From an uncultured Clostridia bacterium (GTDB taxonomy: Bacteria > Bacillota > Clostridia > Christensenellales > UBA1242): a DNA stretch of 64,000 nt. The notes below the pieces were generated by a model. It worked only from the letters and a program-made list of their open reading frames with translations, was not told where the DNA came from and did not search any database. Both the position numbers and the translations under genes were made by a program. Shown piece by piece: positions 50,803 through 60,774 of this stretch (the first letter of the stretch is position 1; each line of letters opens with the position of its first letter). Where the stretch lies: NCBI GenBank assembly GCA_947624415.1, contig CANQKH010000005.1:17072-81071 (forward strand), in the 5' to 3' direction.

Positions 50803-51513
50803 ATGATATTATCAAGAGAAAAGTTTGTCTTAAAAAATTATAATGCTTATGTTGTGGGCTGTTCGGTTATGGGAAAGGATAAAATTGAAAATCAGGACAG
50901 AGTTGAAATAAGACAAACAAGGAATGGATTAATTATAGTTGTTGCCGATGGACTTGGTTCTGCACTTTTTTCTGGAGATGGGGCAGAGAAAGGGGTGAAA
51001 ATTACTGCCAATTTGCTTGAAGAAAATAATTTTGATAATTTTGCATCAAGATTGTTGGACTTGTGGAAGAATGGGCTTGAAGGCAATTTAGACCAGTATG
51101 ATACAACAATTAAGTTTATATATTTGACACAAACAAAAATAATTGTTGGAGGAGTTGGAGATGGCTGGATTGCATTAAAGAAGAAAAAAGAAATTAAGAA
51201 TTATGTCGCAAAAAATGAATTTTCCAATCAAACGGACAGCATTTTATCGTCAAATTTAAATGATAAATTTTGGATGGAGGAATTTAAGGTTGCAGGGGTA
51301 TCATCAATTATTATTGCAACTGATGGATTTTCTGAAGATATAAGTAAAAATAGGGGATTTGAATTTCTCTCTCAAGCGGAAAAGGAAATCAAATCAAACA
51401 TAAGCCAATTTGCCCAAGAACTAGATGAAACATTAACAAATTGGCCAATAGAAACAAACAAAGATGACAAAACGGCAGTTTTTGTTGTATTATCAAGGAG
51501 GCAAAATGAGTGA
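50803..51513 (+). CDS. PP2C-family phosphatase (TerY-P phosphatase)
   Basis: ENQD, VADGLGS, VGDG, IATDG, DDKT. Confidence 0.85.
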   Translation: MILSREKFVLKNYNAYVVGCSVMGKDKIENQDRVEIRQTRNGLIIVVADGLGSALFSGDGAEKGVKITANLLEENNFDNFASRLLDLWKNGLEGNLDQYDTTIKFIYLTQTKIIVGGVGDGWIALKKKKEIKNYVAKNEFSNQTDSILSSNLNDKFWMEEFKVAGVSSIIIATDGFSEDISKNRGFEFLSQAEKEIKSNISQFAQELDETLTNWPIETNKDDKTAVFVVLSRRQNE

Positions 51514-54500
51514 TGTATATGTAGGCAATAATATAGTGGGTAACTTTAAACCTGATATGAAAATTGATGACAATATACAAGATTACATCCTTAATAAAAA
51601 TAATGGATGCCTGAATTTAGTTAAAGGAAAAAAGGTTATAAAACTTAAAGCACTTGATGAAAATGCACATTTAGTTGTAACAAATTTTAGTGATGAAATT
51701 GGAGAACTAAATGACTCGATTTATAAACTTGAATATTCCAATGAAATTGTAGTTATAATTCTTTACACATATATAACAACAAAAAAATTATTATTGCAAT
51801 CTGAAAGTATGTATTTGCATTTGCGACGAGAAATAGAGAATAAATTTATTGGAGAAGAATATAAAAATTTGCCGGGGCTACCATTAAAAAGTCGTGAAGA
51901 CATTGCAAAATATTTGACAGACATGTTTGTAAACAACAAAAGCATATTTATCCATTATGATGCAAAAAATCCAGGGAAATTTCAGCTGTATGGGAATAAA
52001 TATAGAGCAAATGTAATAATGGAGCGACCAGGCGTTTACATAATAGATGATATTTATAAAAATTATAATAAAGAGTTTTCTTTTTCTTTAATACAGTTGT
52101 TTGGGAATATAAAGTTTGTTTTATGGAAAGATGCGACAGAAATCAATGGAAATCCATTAGTTAAATTAGAATCGTTCAAAATCAACGATGTTTTTAGGGC
52201 TTGGGACCAATATATGGCTTTTGAAAAAAGATTGTATGTGGATAATTTAAAGGAAGTAGGAATTATAAAGTTTAAATCTATAACAATAAATGGTGATGAA
52301 TTGACTTTTGACCTTGAAGATAACCTTGATGATAAAAATTTATCACAAATTGAATTTGAATTTATTTCTGCATTTGACCCAGAGATAGAGGGAAATAAAA
52401 GAATTCTCCCCCAAAACATAGATCAACTAATTGCATTAAAAAATAAAAAGGGTGCTCCTATAATATATCTTGGAAAACCACTTAATGAGGAGATGGGGAA
52501 TAATAAACTTGTTTTCCCTATTCCATATAAAAATTTTATGGCAAAGATGACGCAATATGAGGGTTACATTTATCCTTCCGATCGCTCACTTCAAGTGGAG
52601 CAAAGAAGAAGAAAAGGAGTGCTTGGCATAATTGAATCTAAAAAGAATGAATCGTCAAATATAATAATGAAGTTAAGTTCACCTGACGTAATAGACACAG
52701 AAATAGGAACTGATTTTAATCCAGTAAATGGTGAAGTTTTGAGGAGAATGTTTGGCAATCCTAATGTAACTTTAAAGGAAACATACAGACAGGCAATGTG
52801 GATGGCATTAAACACTCCCGATATAGCATTAATTCAAGGTCCTCCAGGAACGGGGAAAACAACACTTATTAAAGGTTTGATAGCACGTTTAATTTTGATG
52901 AATCAAAATTTTAAAATACTTGTTTCTGCCGAGCAACATGAAGCATTATACAATGTTATAGATAAGTCAATACAAAGCAAGTCGCACAATTTTTCTTTTA
53001 TACCTCCTTTTGTTGCAAGCAAAAGATATGATTATGATGAAGACCAAGATTTTGACAGACAAGAAAAGATAATAAAAGAATTTCAGCAAAACTTTATTTC
53101 AGTGTGTAACAGTATTTTGCGAGAAGAAAAATCAAAAAACAGGGCATCAATTATTTTGGCAGAAATTGCATTTATAATCCAAAGTATTCGTGAGCATAGT
53201 TATGGCAAAAACTATATTTTGACGGTAATTGAACAGTTGAAAGAAAAGGTTATGTCTTTGGCATATTATAATGACCTAGAAAAAGAGTTTATGATGTTAA
53301 ATCGCCTTCTTAAAATTCCAAATTATGAGGACAAGGAAGAAGGCAAAGAACTAGACTTTAAATCATTAATTATTCTTAGGAAAATTGAGGGGCAAAGAAC
53401 AGATTTAAAAGTTTTTGTTGAAGATGATGGAATTTATCAAATGAAGGATTTACAAAATCTTTTAGAGAAGAATGATTTTAAAGAATTTTTAATGGACAGT
53501 CAATTACTCCAAGAATTAGAAAATAGTGAAAAAATATGTGAAGAAACATTTGAAAAATATGTCAATTATGTTGAAAATTTAAAAAGTCAATTTTTACCTC
53601 AAAAAAATAATATTTTTGAAGAAAAAAAAGACGATGTAAAACAAATTATTGAGTGCATTTCAAGGAAGATATCCGCTTTGTCAAAAAATAAAAATAAAGA
53701 TTTTTATGACATTGTCGAAAGCCTCTCATTTAGGCTTATTGATATTGAATCTTCTGCCGAAATTATACAAAAATATACTACAATAATTGGAAGCACTTGT
53801 GCACAAGCAGATAATAGTATGGAATTAATTGATTTGCCACAAAAGAGATATGATTATGTCATTATAGATGAGGCGGCGAGAGCAAATCCTATTGATATTA
53901 TGATACCAATTATGCTAGGAATAAAGGTAATCCTTATTGGCGACCACAAACAACTTCCTCATTATATTGAAAACAATTATGTAAACAAATTCAAAAATGA
54001 AAAAGAAAAATATTCTGGTTTTGATGAAAGATTATTGACCAAGTCATTATTTCAAATAATATATGAAAATCTTGAAAAAGCCTACAAGGAAAACAGGATA
54101 AAATTCAAAAGAACGATTAGAATTAACGAGCAGTATCGTATGCACCCTGTAATTGGAAAATTTATTTCAGATACATTCTATGACGGGGAAATCCAAAACG
54201 GTGAAAAGACAGTAAATAATGTCAATGATTATCATATATTTCACAATAAAAATGTTGTTTGGGTCAATGTTCCTGTATTAAAGGGATTGGAAGAAAGAAA
54301 TGGGTCAACATTGCAAAGAAGGGCAGAAGCGGAAGAGATTATTAATATACTTCAAAAACTTGTCAAAAAGAATGAAGGAAGGAAATTAGATGTCGGCATT
54401 ATTTCATTCTACAAGGGGCAGGTGGAACTTATTTTAAAGCAATTGCGAGAATCCTTTCCAAATGATATATTTTCAAACAGATTTGAAGATATGTGCAATA

Positions 54501-54742
54501 CTGTAGATTCATATCAAGGCAAGGAGTTTGATATAGTTATAGTTTCAGGTGTAAGGTGTAACAAATTTACAAACCCTAAAAATAGTCTAGGTTTTATTCA
54601 CAATTCGCCAAGTCGAATAAATGTTGCATTATCACGTGCTAAAAAATTATTGATAGTTGTCGGTGATGCAGATACTTTTATGAAAAACGAATATTTTCAA
54701 AAGTTTATAAATTATGTAAAGAGGGAGGGTGAATATGAGTAG
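51506..54742 (+). CDS. SF1 (UPF1/DNA2-like) helicase, CnuH-like
   Basis: IQGPPGTGKT, IIDEAAR, LIGDHKQL, QYRMHP, TVDSYQGKE, RINVALSRAK; RBS AAGGAGG before ATG 51506. Confidence 0.9.
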   Translation: MSDVYVGNNIVGNFKPDMKIDDNIQDYILNKNNGCLNLVKGKKVIKLKALDENAHLVVTNFSDEIGELNDSIYKLEYSNEIVVIILYTYITTKKLLLQSESMYLHLRREIENKFIGEEYKNLPGLPLKSREDIAKYLTDMFVNNKSIFIHYDAKNPGKFQLYGNKYRANVIMERPGVYIIDDIYKNYNKEFSFSLIQLFGNIKFVLWKDATEINGNPLVKLESFKINDVFRAWDQYMAFEKRLYVDNLKEVGIIKFKSITINGDELTFDLEDNLDDKNLSQIEFEFISAFDPEIEGNKRILPQNIDQLIALKNKKGAPIIYLGKPLNEEMGNNKLVFPIPYKNFMAKMTQYEGYIYPSDRSLQVEQRRRKGVLGIIESKKNESSNIIMKLSSPDVIDTEIGTDFNPVNGEVLRRMFGNPNVTLKETYRQAMWMALNTPDIALIQGPPGTGKTTLIKGLIARLILMNQNFKILVSAEQHEALYNVIDKSIQSKSHNFSFIPPFVASKRYDYDEDQDFDRQEKIIKEFQQNFISVCNSILREEKSKNRASIILAEIAFIIQSIREHSYGKNYILTVIEQLKEKVMSLAYYNDLEKEFMMLNRLLKIPNYEDKEEGKELDFKSLIILRKIEGQRTDLKVFVEDDGIYQMKDLQNLLEKNDFKEFLMDSQLLQELENSEKICEETFEKYVNYVENLKSQFLPQKNNIFEEKKDDVKQIIECISRKISALSKNKNKDFYDIVESLSFRLIDIESSAEIIQKYTTIIGSTCAQADNSMELIDLPQKRYDYVIIDEAARANPIDIMIPIMLGIKVILIGDHKQLPHYIENNYVNKFKNEKEKYSGFDERLLTKSLFQIIYENLEKAYKENRIKFKRTIRINEQYRMHPVIGKFISDTFYDGEIQNGEKTVNNVNDYHIFHNKNVVWVNVPVLKGLEERNGSTLQRRAEAEEIINILQKLVKKNEGRKLDVGIISFYKGQVELILKQLRESFPNDIFSNRFEDMCNTVDSYQGKEFDIVIVSGVRCNKFTNPKNSLGFIHNSPSRINVALSRAKKLLIVVGDADTFMKNEYFQKFINYVKREGEYE

Positions 54743-56243
54743 CGATATTATAAACAAATACGAAGGACAAGAAGTTGGCGACATTGTTTGGCCATTTTAT
54801 AGATACAGTGCTTTAATCCCTCAACAACTTGGTGGCGACTTGTTTGTATGGCTTTACATTTCACTTGTAATATTTTACAATGAGGGGAAATCTCTTCCTT
54901 CAAATAATTACAGTGAGGAAGTTAAGATTGAGGTTCAAAAAATTTTAAATGATAAATTTGGCAATGTCATTGATGGACAAACAATGAGAAAAATTATTGG
55001 TAATGCAGAACAAGATTTTGTTGAAACAATAATTTATAATCATAATAAATCAAAGCAATTAAAACCAGAAGCATTTAGTTTTATCAACACCTATGAAAAT
55101 TTATTTTCTGATAAACTTGAGATTAAGTATATTTATCAAGATGCAATTACTGGCGAAGTTCTCCCATTTTTTGATGATACAAGTTTTATTTACGAGCCAC
55201 AAGATACAAGTGATGCTATAAAGCCAAGAGAGAGCGTAAAAGAGCCAAGTGCAAGTGCTGTAAAAAAAGCGTATGAGATGTATATAAGAATAAAAAAATA
55301 TAATACTAATCCCAGCGATGTAGAAGTTGAACTTGCCGATGAATTTTATGATAAAGACGAACAAACTTTTATTGATGACGGCAAAGATGAAGAAACGTTT
55401 GAAAACGAGAAAAAGGAAGTGCAGAGTTTAAAAAAATATAATGTTATATTTTTAAAAGACAAAAAAGCATTATTTTATTTACAGGTTGGGGTGTTTATAG
55501 AAGATAATAATATAGTTTTAAAAAGTCCTTTTGGAAATAATACAAACCAATGGATTAATAAGTGCTTAAAGAAGGGAAGAAATGTCTCTGACTCATTAGA
55601 CACAAGGATTAAACAATTTGAGGAGGGTTACCTCATAGACAATAAAGTTATTGATGACTATATTGAAGGAAACAAACAAGACATTGCTTCAACTTTAAAT
55701 GAATTTCAAGTTTTATACAGACTTATAAACCAGTTGGGGGACAATAGGCTACGGGAATATGTTATAAAGTTAGACCATACATTTACAGAGAAAAATGCAG
55801 AAGCATATTATCAATCACTAGGCAATTTTTTAGAGAGAATGTTGAAGAAAATTCCAAATCCAAACAAATCCACAGAGGAGCAACGCAGACAAACAACGTT
55901 TGAAATGTTTTGCAGAGAAATAGAAAATAAATTTTATGGCGTTGATGTAAGATATAATCCATTAATGAATAAAAACATATATGACGATTGGGTAAAGAAA
56001 TATAAAAAGAAAGATGGAAGCGAGTTTTCTAAATTTAAGGCGGACTTAACTGATATATTATTAAGAACAGATTTAGTGAAAAATCAGGCAATGTATCCAT
56101 CATTTATTGAAGATATATTTGACTTATATAAATTAAGAAATGATGTTTCGCATGATAATGACAGATCAGAGAGGATAAGCATTGACAAGGAAACACCTGC
56201 AAGGCTTACCAAATGTGCAAAAGTTTTATTTGAGATAATCTAA
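54735..56243 (+). CDS. putative effector with C-terminal HEPN-like RNase motif (CnuE-like)
   Basis: LYKLRNDVSH (Rx4H) near the C-terminus of a helical domain; operon position between the helicase and the McrB-like gene. Confidence 0.55.
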   Translation: MSSDIINKYEGQEVGDIVWPFYRYSALIPQQLGGDLFVWLYISLVIFYNEGKSLPSNNYSEEVKIEVQKILNDKFGNVIDGQTMRKIIGNAEQDFVETIIYNHNKSKQLKPEAFSFINTYENLFSDKLEIKYIYQDAITGEVLPFFDDTSFIYEPQDTSDAIKPRESVKEPSASAVKKAYEMYIRIKKYNTNPSDVEVELADEFYDKDEQTFIDDGKDEETFENEKKEVQSLKKYNVIFLKDKKALFYLQVGVFIEDNNIVLKSPFGNNTNQWINKCLKKGRNVSDSLDTRIKQFEEGYLIDNKVIDDYIEGNKQDIASTLNEFQVLYRLINQLGDNRLREYVIKLDHTFTEKNAEAYYQSLGNFLERMLKKIPNPNKSTEEQRRQTTFEMFCREIENKFYGVDVRYNPLMNKNIYDDWVKKYKKKDGSEFSKFKADLTDILLRTDLVKNQAMYPSFIEDIFDLYKLRNDVSHDNDRSERISIDKETPARLTKCAKVLFEII

Positions 56244-56252
56244 GGAGGAAAA

Positions 56253-58454
56253 ATGAGTAAAAAGAATAAAATTAAAGGAAACAATCAACCTGCCACTCAG
56301 CAAAACAATTCATCTGTTGTCCGCCCAAGCCCTAACATTGTGGTTAAGCCAGCAAATGAAATATTAACAAGCGAAGAGGGGGCAGAACTTCTCCAAAATG
56401 CTGAGAAAGAAGCGGGAAAAAGAAGGGAGGAAGCAGACACTTATTATAATGGAAGAAAAGAGGAAGCGGATTTATATTATGAGGAAAGGAAGGAAGAGGC
56501 AGACATTTATTTTCAGCAAAAGAAGAAAATTGCTGACGGCTTAGAGGAACAAAAGCAAAAAAGAATAGATGAAGAGGTTGAAAAGGCGGTAAAATTAAAG
56601 GAAAAAGAGGCAAAAAAGATTACCGATGACGCAAAAGCAGAAGCCGATAAAATGCTTGCTGATTTAACAAAACGTCAAGAAGATTTGACAAAAGAATATG
56701 CTTCACTTGCAGAGAATAAACGCAGTTATAAGCAAGAGGTTTGCAAGGAGATAGAAAATAATATTTCCACTCTTACACAAAACAACCAAGATCTTGAAAA
56801 AGAGGTTGAAGGGGTTAAAAAGGAATTAAAAAGAAAAGATGCACGGATTGTAGCACTAGAAGAGGATAAAAAGGTTTACGAGGAACAAATATCAAAAAAT
56901 GCAGTAAGAAATGCAGATGTTGAACTTTATAAAATGCAGATAGACGATTTAAATTATGCTTATGAAAACTTAAAAAAGCAATACAAGGAACAGCAGAAAA
57001 ATGTCGATGATTTAAATTTACAAATTCTTTCATTTGGCGAGGCTCCACAAAAGGCAATTAAGGAAAACGTTTTATTGCGTGAACAGGTAAATGAGTTGCA
57101 ATCACGAATTTGCGATTGTCCTTCTCTTGAAGAACTTGAAAAATTAAGGGAGACCAGCAGCAAATTTGAAGAATTAAGCAATAAACTCGAATTATTAAAA
57201 AATGAAAACACCAAACTTGAAATTGAAAACAATGACCTAAAAGTTTCAAAAGATGAGATAGAATCATTAAGAAAATTTGTTAAGATTTTAGAATTACAAA
57301 AGGCTGAATTACAAGGAGAAATTGAAAGAAACATTGAACTATATAATACAAGCACAAAAAAGGTTTTTGCAAACCTGTCTGCTATAGATTTGGAAAGTAA
57401 TACAAAATATGAAAAGATGTCAATAACATTAAAACAATTATGCGAAAGATTTAGGGGATATTTGGCAAACAGGAGGGAAAATCCTTTATATTATGATGCG
57501 GTAACAATAAGAACATTTATTGCAGGATTTGCTTGTTCAAAAATAATTATTCTTGAGGGCTTGTCGGGGACTGGAAAGTCAAGTTTACCACGGGCATTTC
57601 AAGATTTTATTGGTGCACAAACACATGAAGTTCCCGTTCAATCGTCTTGGAAGGATAGAAACGACTTGCTGGGATTTTACAATGATTTTAAAAAGCAATA
57701 TAAGGAAACAAAATTTTTAAAGGAGTTATATAGAGCGACTCATGACCAAGACAATATTCACATTATAGTTCTTGATGAGATGAACTTGTCGCATATTGAA
57801 TATTATTTTGCCGACTTACTTTCCGTGCTTGAAATACCAGAAATTGAGAAGAGGAAAATAGAACTTATATCGGACTATGCAAGCATCGCACAAAACAGCA
57901 CGGATGCGTGGCCAAAACATATAATTGAGGGGCAACTTCAAATATGTGAAAACACGTGGTTTGTTGGAACGGCAAATAAGGATGACTCCACTTTTGATAT
58001 TACAGATAAAGTTTATGACAGGGCGACGGTAATATATTTTGACAAGAAGGGCGAGAAGGAGAAAGTTGACAATGCAAATCCAATTCAAATGAACAGCGAT
58101 GACTTTTTAAAATTATTAAATTCTGCTTCAAATTTTAAAAGTGAGTTGGATGAGAAAAAATATAATGATATGATTAAGAATTTAGACACTCTTATAAGGG
58201 AAAAATTTGACATAACATTTGGAAATCGTATAGCAAACCAACTCAAAGTGTTTGTTCCTGTTTATATTGAATGTGGTGGAACTGTTGAAGAGGCGGTGGA
58301 TGTAGTTTTTTCAAGAAAGATTTTAAGAAAACTTGAGGGCATATATTATGATGAAACAAAAAGCAGGCTTTTAGATTTAAAAGAGGAAATAAATGAAAAA
58401 TACAAAATGCCAATTTCAGTCAAAACTATTGATAGAATAGTGGCAACTATGTAA
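56253..58454 (+). CDS. coiled-coil McrB-family AAA+ GTPase (CnuB-like)
   Basis: About 330-aa N-terminal coiled coil, GLSGTGKS, VPVQSSW…DLLGFYN, LDEMNLS, GTANKDD (NxxD), DKVYDRA. Confidence 0.85.
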   Translation: MSKKNKIKGNNQPATQQNNSSVVRPSPNIVVKPANEILTSEEGAELLQNAEKEAGKRREEADTYYNGRKEEADLYYEERKEEADIYFQQKKKIADGLEEQKQKRIDEEVEKAVKLKEKEAKKITDDAKAEADKMLADLTKRQEDLTKEYASLAENKRSYKQEVCKEIENNISTLTQNNQDLEKEVEGVKKELKRKDARIVALEEDKKVYEEQISKNAVRNADVELYKMQIDDLNYAYENLKKQYKEQQKNVDDLNLQILSFGEAPQKAIKENVLLREQVNELQSRICDCPSLEELEKLRETSSKFEELSNKLELLKNENTKLEIENNDLKVSKDEIESLRKFVKILELQKAELQGEIERNIELYNTSTKKVFANLSAIDLESNTKYEKMSITLKQLCERFRGYLANRRENPLYYDAVTIRTFIAGFACSKIIILEGLSGTGKSSLPRAFQDFIGAQTHEVPVQSSWKDRNDLLGFYNDFKKQYKETKFLKELYRATHDQDNIHIIVLDEMNLSHIEYYFADLLSVLEIPEIEKRKIELISDYASIAQNSTDAWPKHIIEGQLQICENTWFVGTANKDDSTFDITDKVYDRATVIYFDKKGEKEKVDNANPIQMNSDDFLKLLNSASNFKSELDEKKYNDMIKNLDTLIREKFDITFGNRIANQLKVFVPVYIECGGTVEEAVDVVFSRKILRKLEGIYYDETKSRLLDLKEEINEKYKMPISVKTIDRIVATM
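56421..56519 (+). repeat. three tandem 33-bp (11-aa) repeats
   Basis: RREEADTYYNG / RKEEADLYYEE / RKEEADIYFQQ. Confidence 0.7.
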
Positions 58455-58463
58455 GGATATTGT

Positions 58464-60281
58464 ATGGAAGAGAGAGAAATTAGGAGAAAGAATGAGGAGA
58501 TATTTCTCAAATTAAAGATAGCGGATAATGAATGCTTAAAAACTCCTTTGACGGCCGAAGAATTAATTGAATATATGCGTTTTGGCTATTTGCCCGTTGA
58601 AATAAGTGAAGAAGATGGCACGAAAGTTTTAAATGAGGGGCAAATTCAAGAAATAGAGCAGTGCATTCCAAATTTATTGAAGATTGTCAAAAAACCAAAG
58701 TCATTTATAAAATTATATGAAGAGAAAGTTCCCATTGAAATTGCGAAAAAGATAAATCATAAGGCAATATCAAAACTCAGCATGGACAGTAACGACTGGT
58801 ATGCAAGAACGATTATAAATGTAAAGCCCAAAAATGTTATGTCTGACCTTAATGAAGAAACTATAGATTTGTATGAGAACAGGTTTATTTGCAGTTTGAC
58901 AGATAAAATTGCAAAACTGGTTGCTTCAAGACGCCAGTATTATAAGCAACAAATTAAAGATCAAGAAGACAATAGTGCCATTTATGCAATGGGCGAGGAA
59001 TATCATACAACGAGGGAGTTTCCTTTTTTCAATGAGATAAACAAAAATGCGAAATATTTTTCTCACAATATCACGTTCAGGGACAAATTGCAGGCTGAAT
59101 TAGACAAGACAATAGAAGTTGAGAAAAAGATAAGAAGTATAAAGATGAGCGAATTTTACATGACTCTTCACAAGAAAAAGAAAGTTACTGACCCCATTCA
59201 AAAAACCAATATTTTAATGTTTGAAAAGAATTATAAAAAAGCCTATAAATTATGGAAATCATTAAACCAATATCGCGAAGAAGACGTATTAAAAAATGAT
59301 ATTATAATTAGTGAAGAGGAGTTAAAAAATCATTATTTTCTTTATTGTTTTATAATTATTCTTTCTGCATTGCATGAGTTAGATTTCGCCGAAAAGACGG
59401 GGCATAAAATTATTTATAAAGATAATATTTTACAACTCGAAAATGACTTAAAATTTGTAAATGTCAAAAATTCAAAAGATTCAATAGAGATAAGATTAAA
59501 CAAAGAATATATTTCACTTGAATATCAAGACCTCACGGCCGAAGGCAAAAAAGATAAATTTCTTTTCTATCCCAATTTTGTAAATTTTGAAAACATGAAC
59601 AGAAGTGAAGTTGATGCTTATACAGAACAAATTTTAAATAATTTACAAGATGACGACAGATATTCCCAAATAACAAGCATATATTCTCTCGTTTCAATAA
59701 ATATGAATATTTGTTCAGAAAATAATGTTTTTTCCGACAAGGTTTACAGAAGATTTTATGGAATTGGAAACAATTATTCCCAAGATGAGAATAAAGAAAA
59801 TTTGAAAAATTGGGGAGGTTATAAAAGGGGAATATTAATAATAACCCCATCGCGACTTAGGGACAACCTTTTAAAGATTGAGCAGGTTATCAATTATCAT
59901 ATTCTTAAAGGAAGAAATGTCAGCACCTTTTCAAGGGAATGTCCAATATGTGGCAGCAAACATATTGTTAATAATGGTGGCAATTATATTTGTTATTCAT
60001 GCAAACGTATTGTGTCAGTAACATATTGTAATGAGTGCGACAAAAAACACCAAAAACCAATATTATGGGTTCGATATATAAATGACAATTTCTTAAAGAG
60101 GGAAGATGTTGTTCGAGGGGATTTTGCCAATTTAATGTGCTATGACAAAATGAGCAAAATTGAAATAATTATGGGCAAACGGGCAACGACAACCTTTGAA
60201 CTTGAAAAAGATGTTAGTGGCTGGAAACTTAAAACTATATGTCCATATTGTGGCATAAAACTAGGCAGTAGCAAAAATTAA
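58464..60281 (+). CDS. McrC-like (DUF2357) protein with C-terminal Zn ribbons (CnuC-like)
   Basis: ETIDLYENRFI, TNILMFEKNYKKAYKLW; four CxxC pairs (CPIC, CYSC, CNEC, CPYC); follows the McrB-like gene. Confidence 0.75.
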   Translation: MEEREIRRKNEEIFLKLKIADNECLKTPLTAEELIEYMRFGYLPVEISEEDGTKVLNEGQIQEIEQCIPNLLKIVKKPKSFIKLYEEKVPIEIAKKINHKAISKLSMDSNDWYARTIINVKPKNVMSDLNEETIDLYENRFICSLTDKIAKLVASRRQYYKQQIKDQEDNSAIYAMGEEYHTTREFPFFNEINKNAKYFSHNITFRDKLQAELDKTIEVEKKIRSIKMSEFYMTLHKKKKVTDPIQKTNILMFEKNYKKAYKLWKSLNQYREEDVLKNDIIISEEELKNHYFLYCFIIILSALHELDFAEKTGHKIIYKDNILQLENDLKFVNVKNSKDSIEIRLNKEYISLEYQDLTAEGKKDKFLFYPNFVNFENMNRSEVDAYTEQILNNLQDDDRYSQITSIYSLVSINMNICSENNVFSDKVYRRFYGIGNNYSQDENKENLKNWGGYKRGILIITPSRLRDNLLKIEQVINYHILKGRNVSTFSRECPICGSKHIVNNGGNYICYSCKRIVSVTYCNECDKKHQKPILWVRYINDNFLKREDVVRGDFANLMCYDKMSKIEIIMGKRATTTFELEKDVSGWKLKTICPYCGIKLGSSKN

Positions 60282-60329
60282 AAGTATTGCCAGAAGAATA
60301 ATGTCGAGATTGCCAAAATATTAAAAATT

Positions 60330-60362
60330 GAGCGTTATAAAGAAAATTGAACGCTCTTTTTT
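60330..60362 (+). terminator. intrinsic terminator ending the defence operon
   Basis: GAGCGTT…AACGCTC followed by TTTTTT. Confidence 0.65.
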
Positions 60363-60412
60363 GTTGTAAATTATAAAAAGAAATAAAAATTTAAAAAAAT
60401 ATCCAAAAATGC

Positions 60413-60444
60413 TTGACAATAGGGGGGGGGGGCGATGCTAAAAT
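60413..60444 (+). promoter_or_regulatory. sigma-A promoter with a G11 homopolymer in the spacer (candidate phase-variable switch)
   Basis: TTGACA-ATA-G11-CGATGC-TAAAAT; spacer is 20 nt. Confidence 0.65.
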
Positions 60445-60560
60445 AGGGTATATAGAATCTTTTTTATATATTGCTAAAAGTTAAAAATTATAAAATATAA
60501 CAAGTTTTTACAAAATATTACAATTAAAACTATACCTTTCGACAAATTTCAACAAAAAAC

Positions 60561-60592
60561 TTGACATGGTGAAAAATAATTTGTAATATAAT
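60561..60592 (+). promoter_or_regulatory. second sigma-A-like promoter with an upstream Spo0A-box sequence
   Basis: TTGACA-17 nt-TAATAT; TTCGACA at 60538-60544. Confidence 0.45.
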
Positions 60593-60774
60593 TATATAGG
60601 TAAAAATTTTTTATTTATATATAAATAACTTTCTATATATTTTCAATATTAAATACTATTTAGTCTTTAAAGAATTTTTTTTATTTTCTTATATAAATAG
60701 TATAATATGACAAAATAATATAATACAGTAATTTAGAAAGCCTACTTATAAAATTCAAAAAATAGGGAGGGGTT

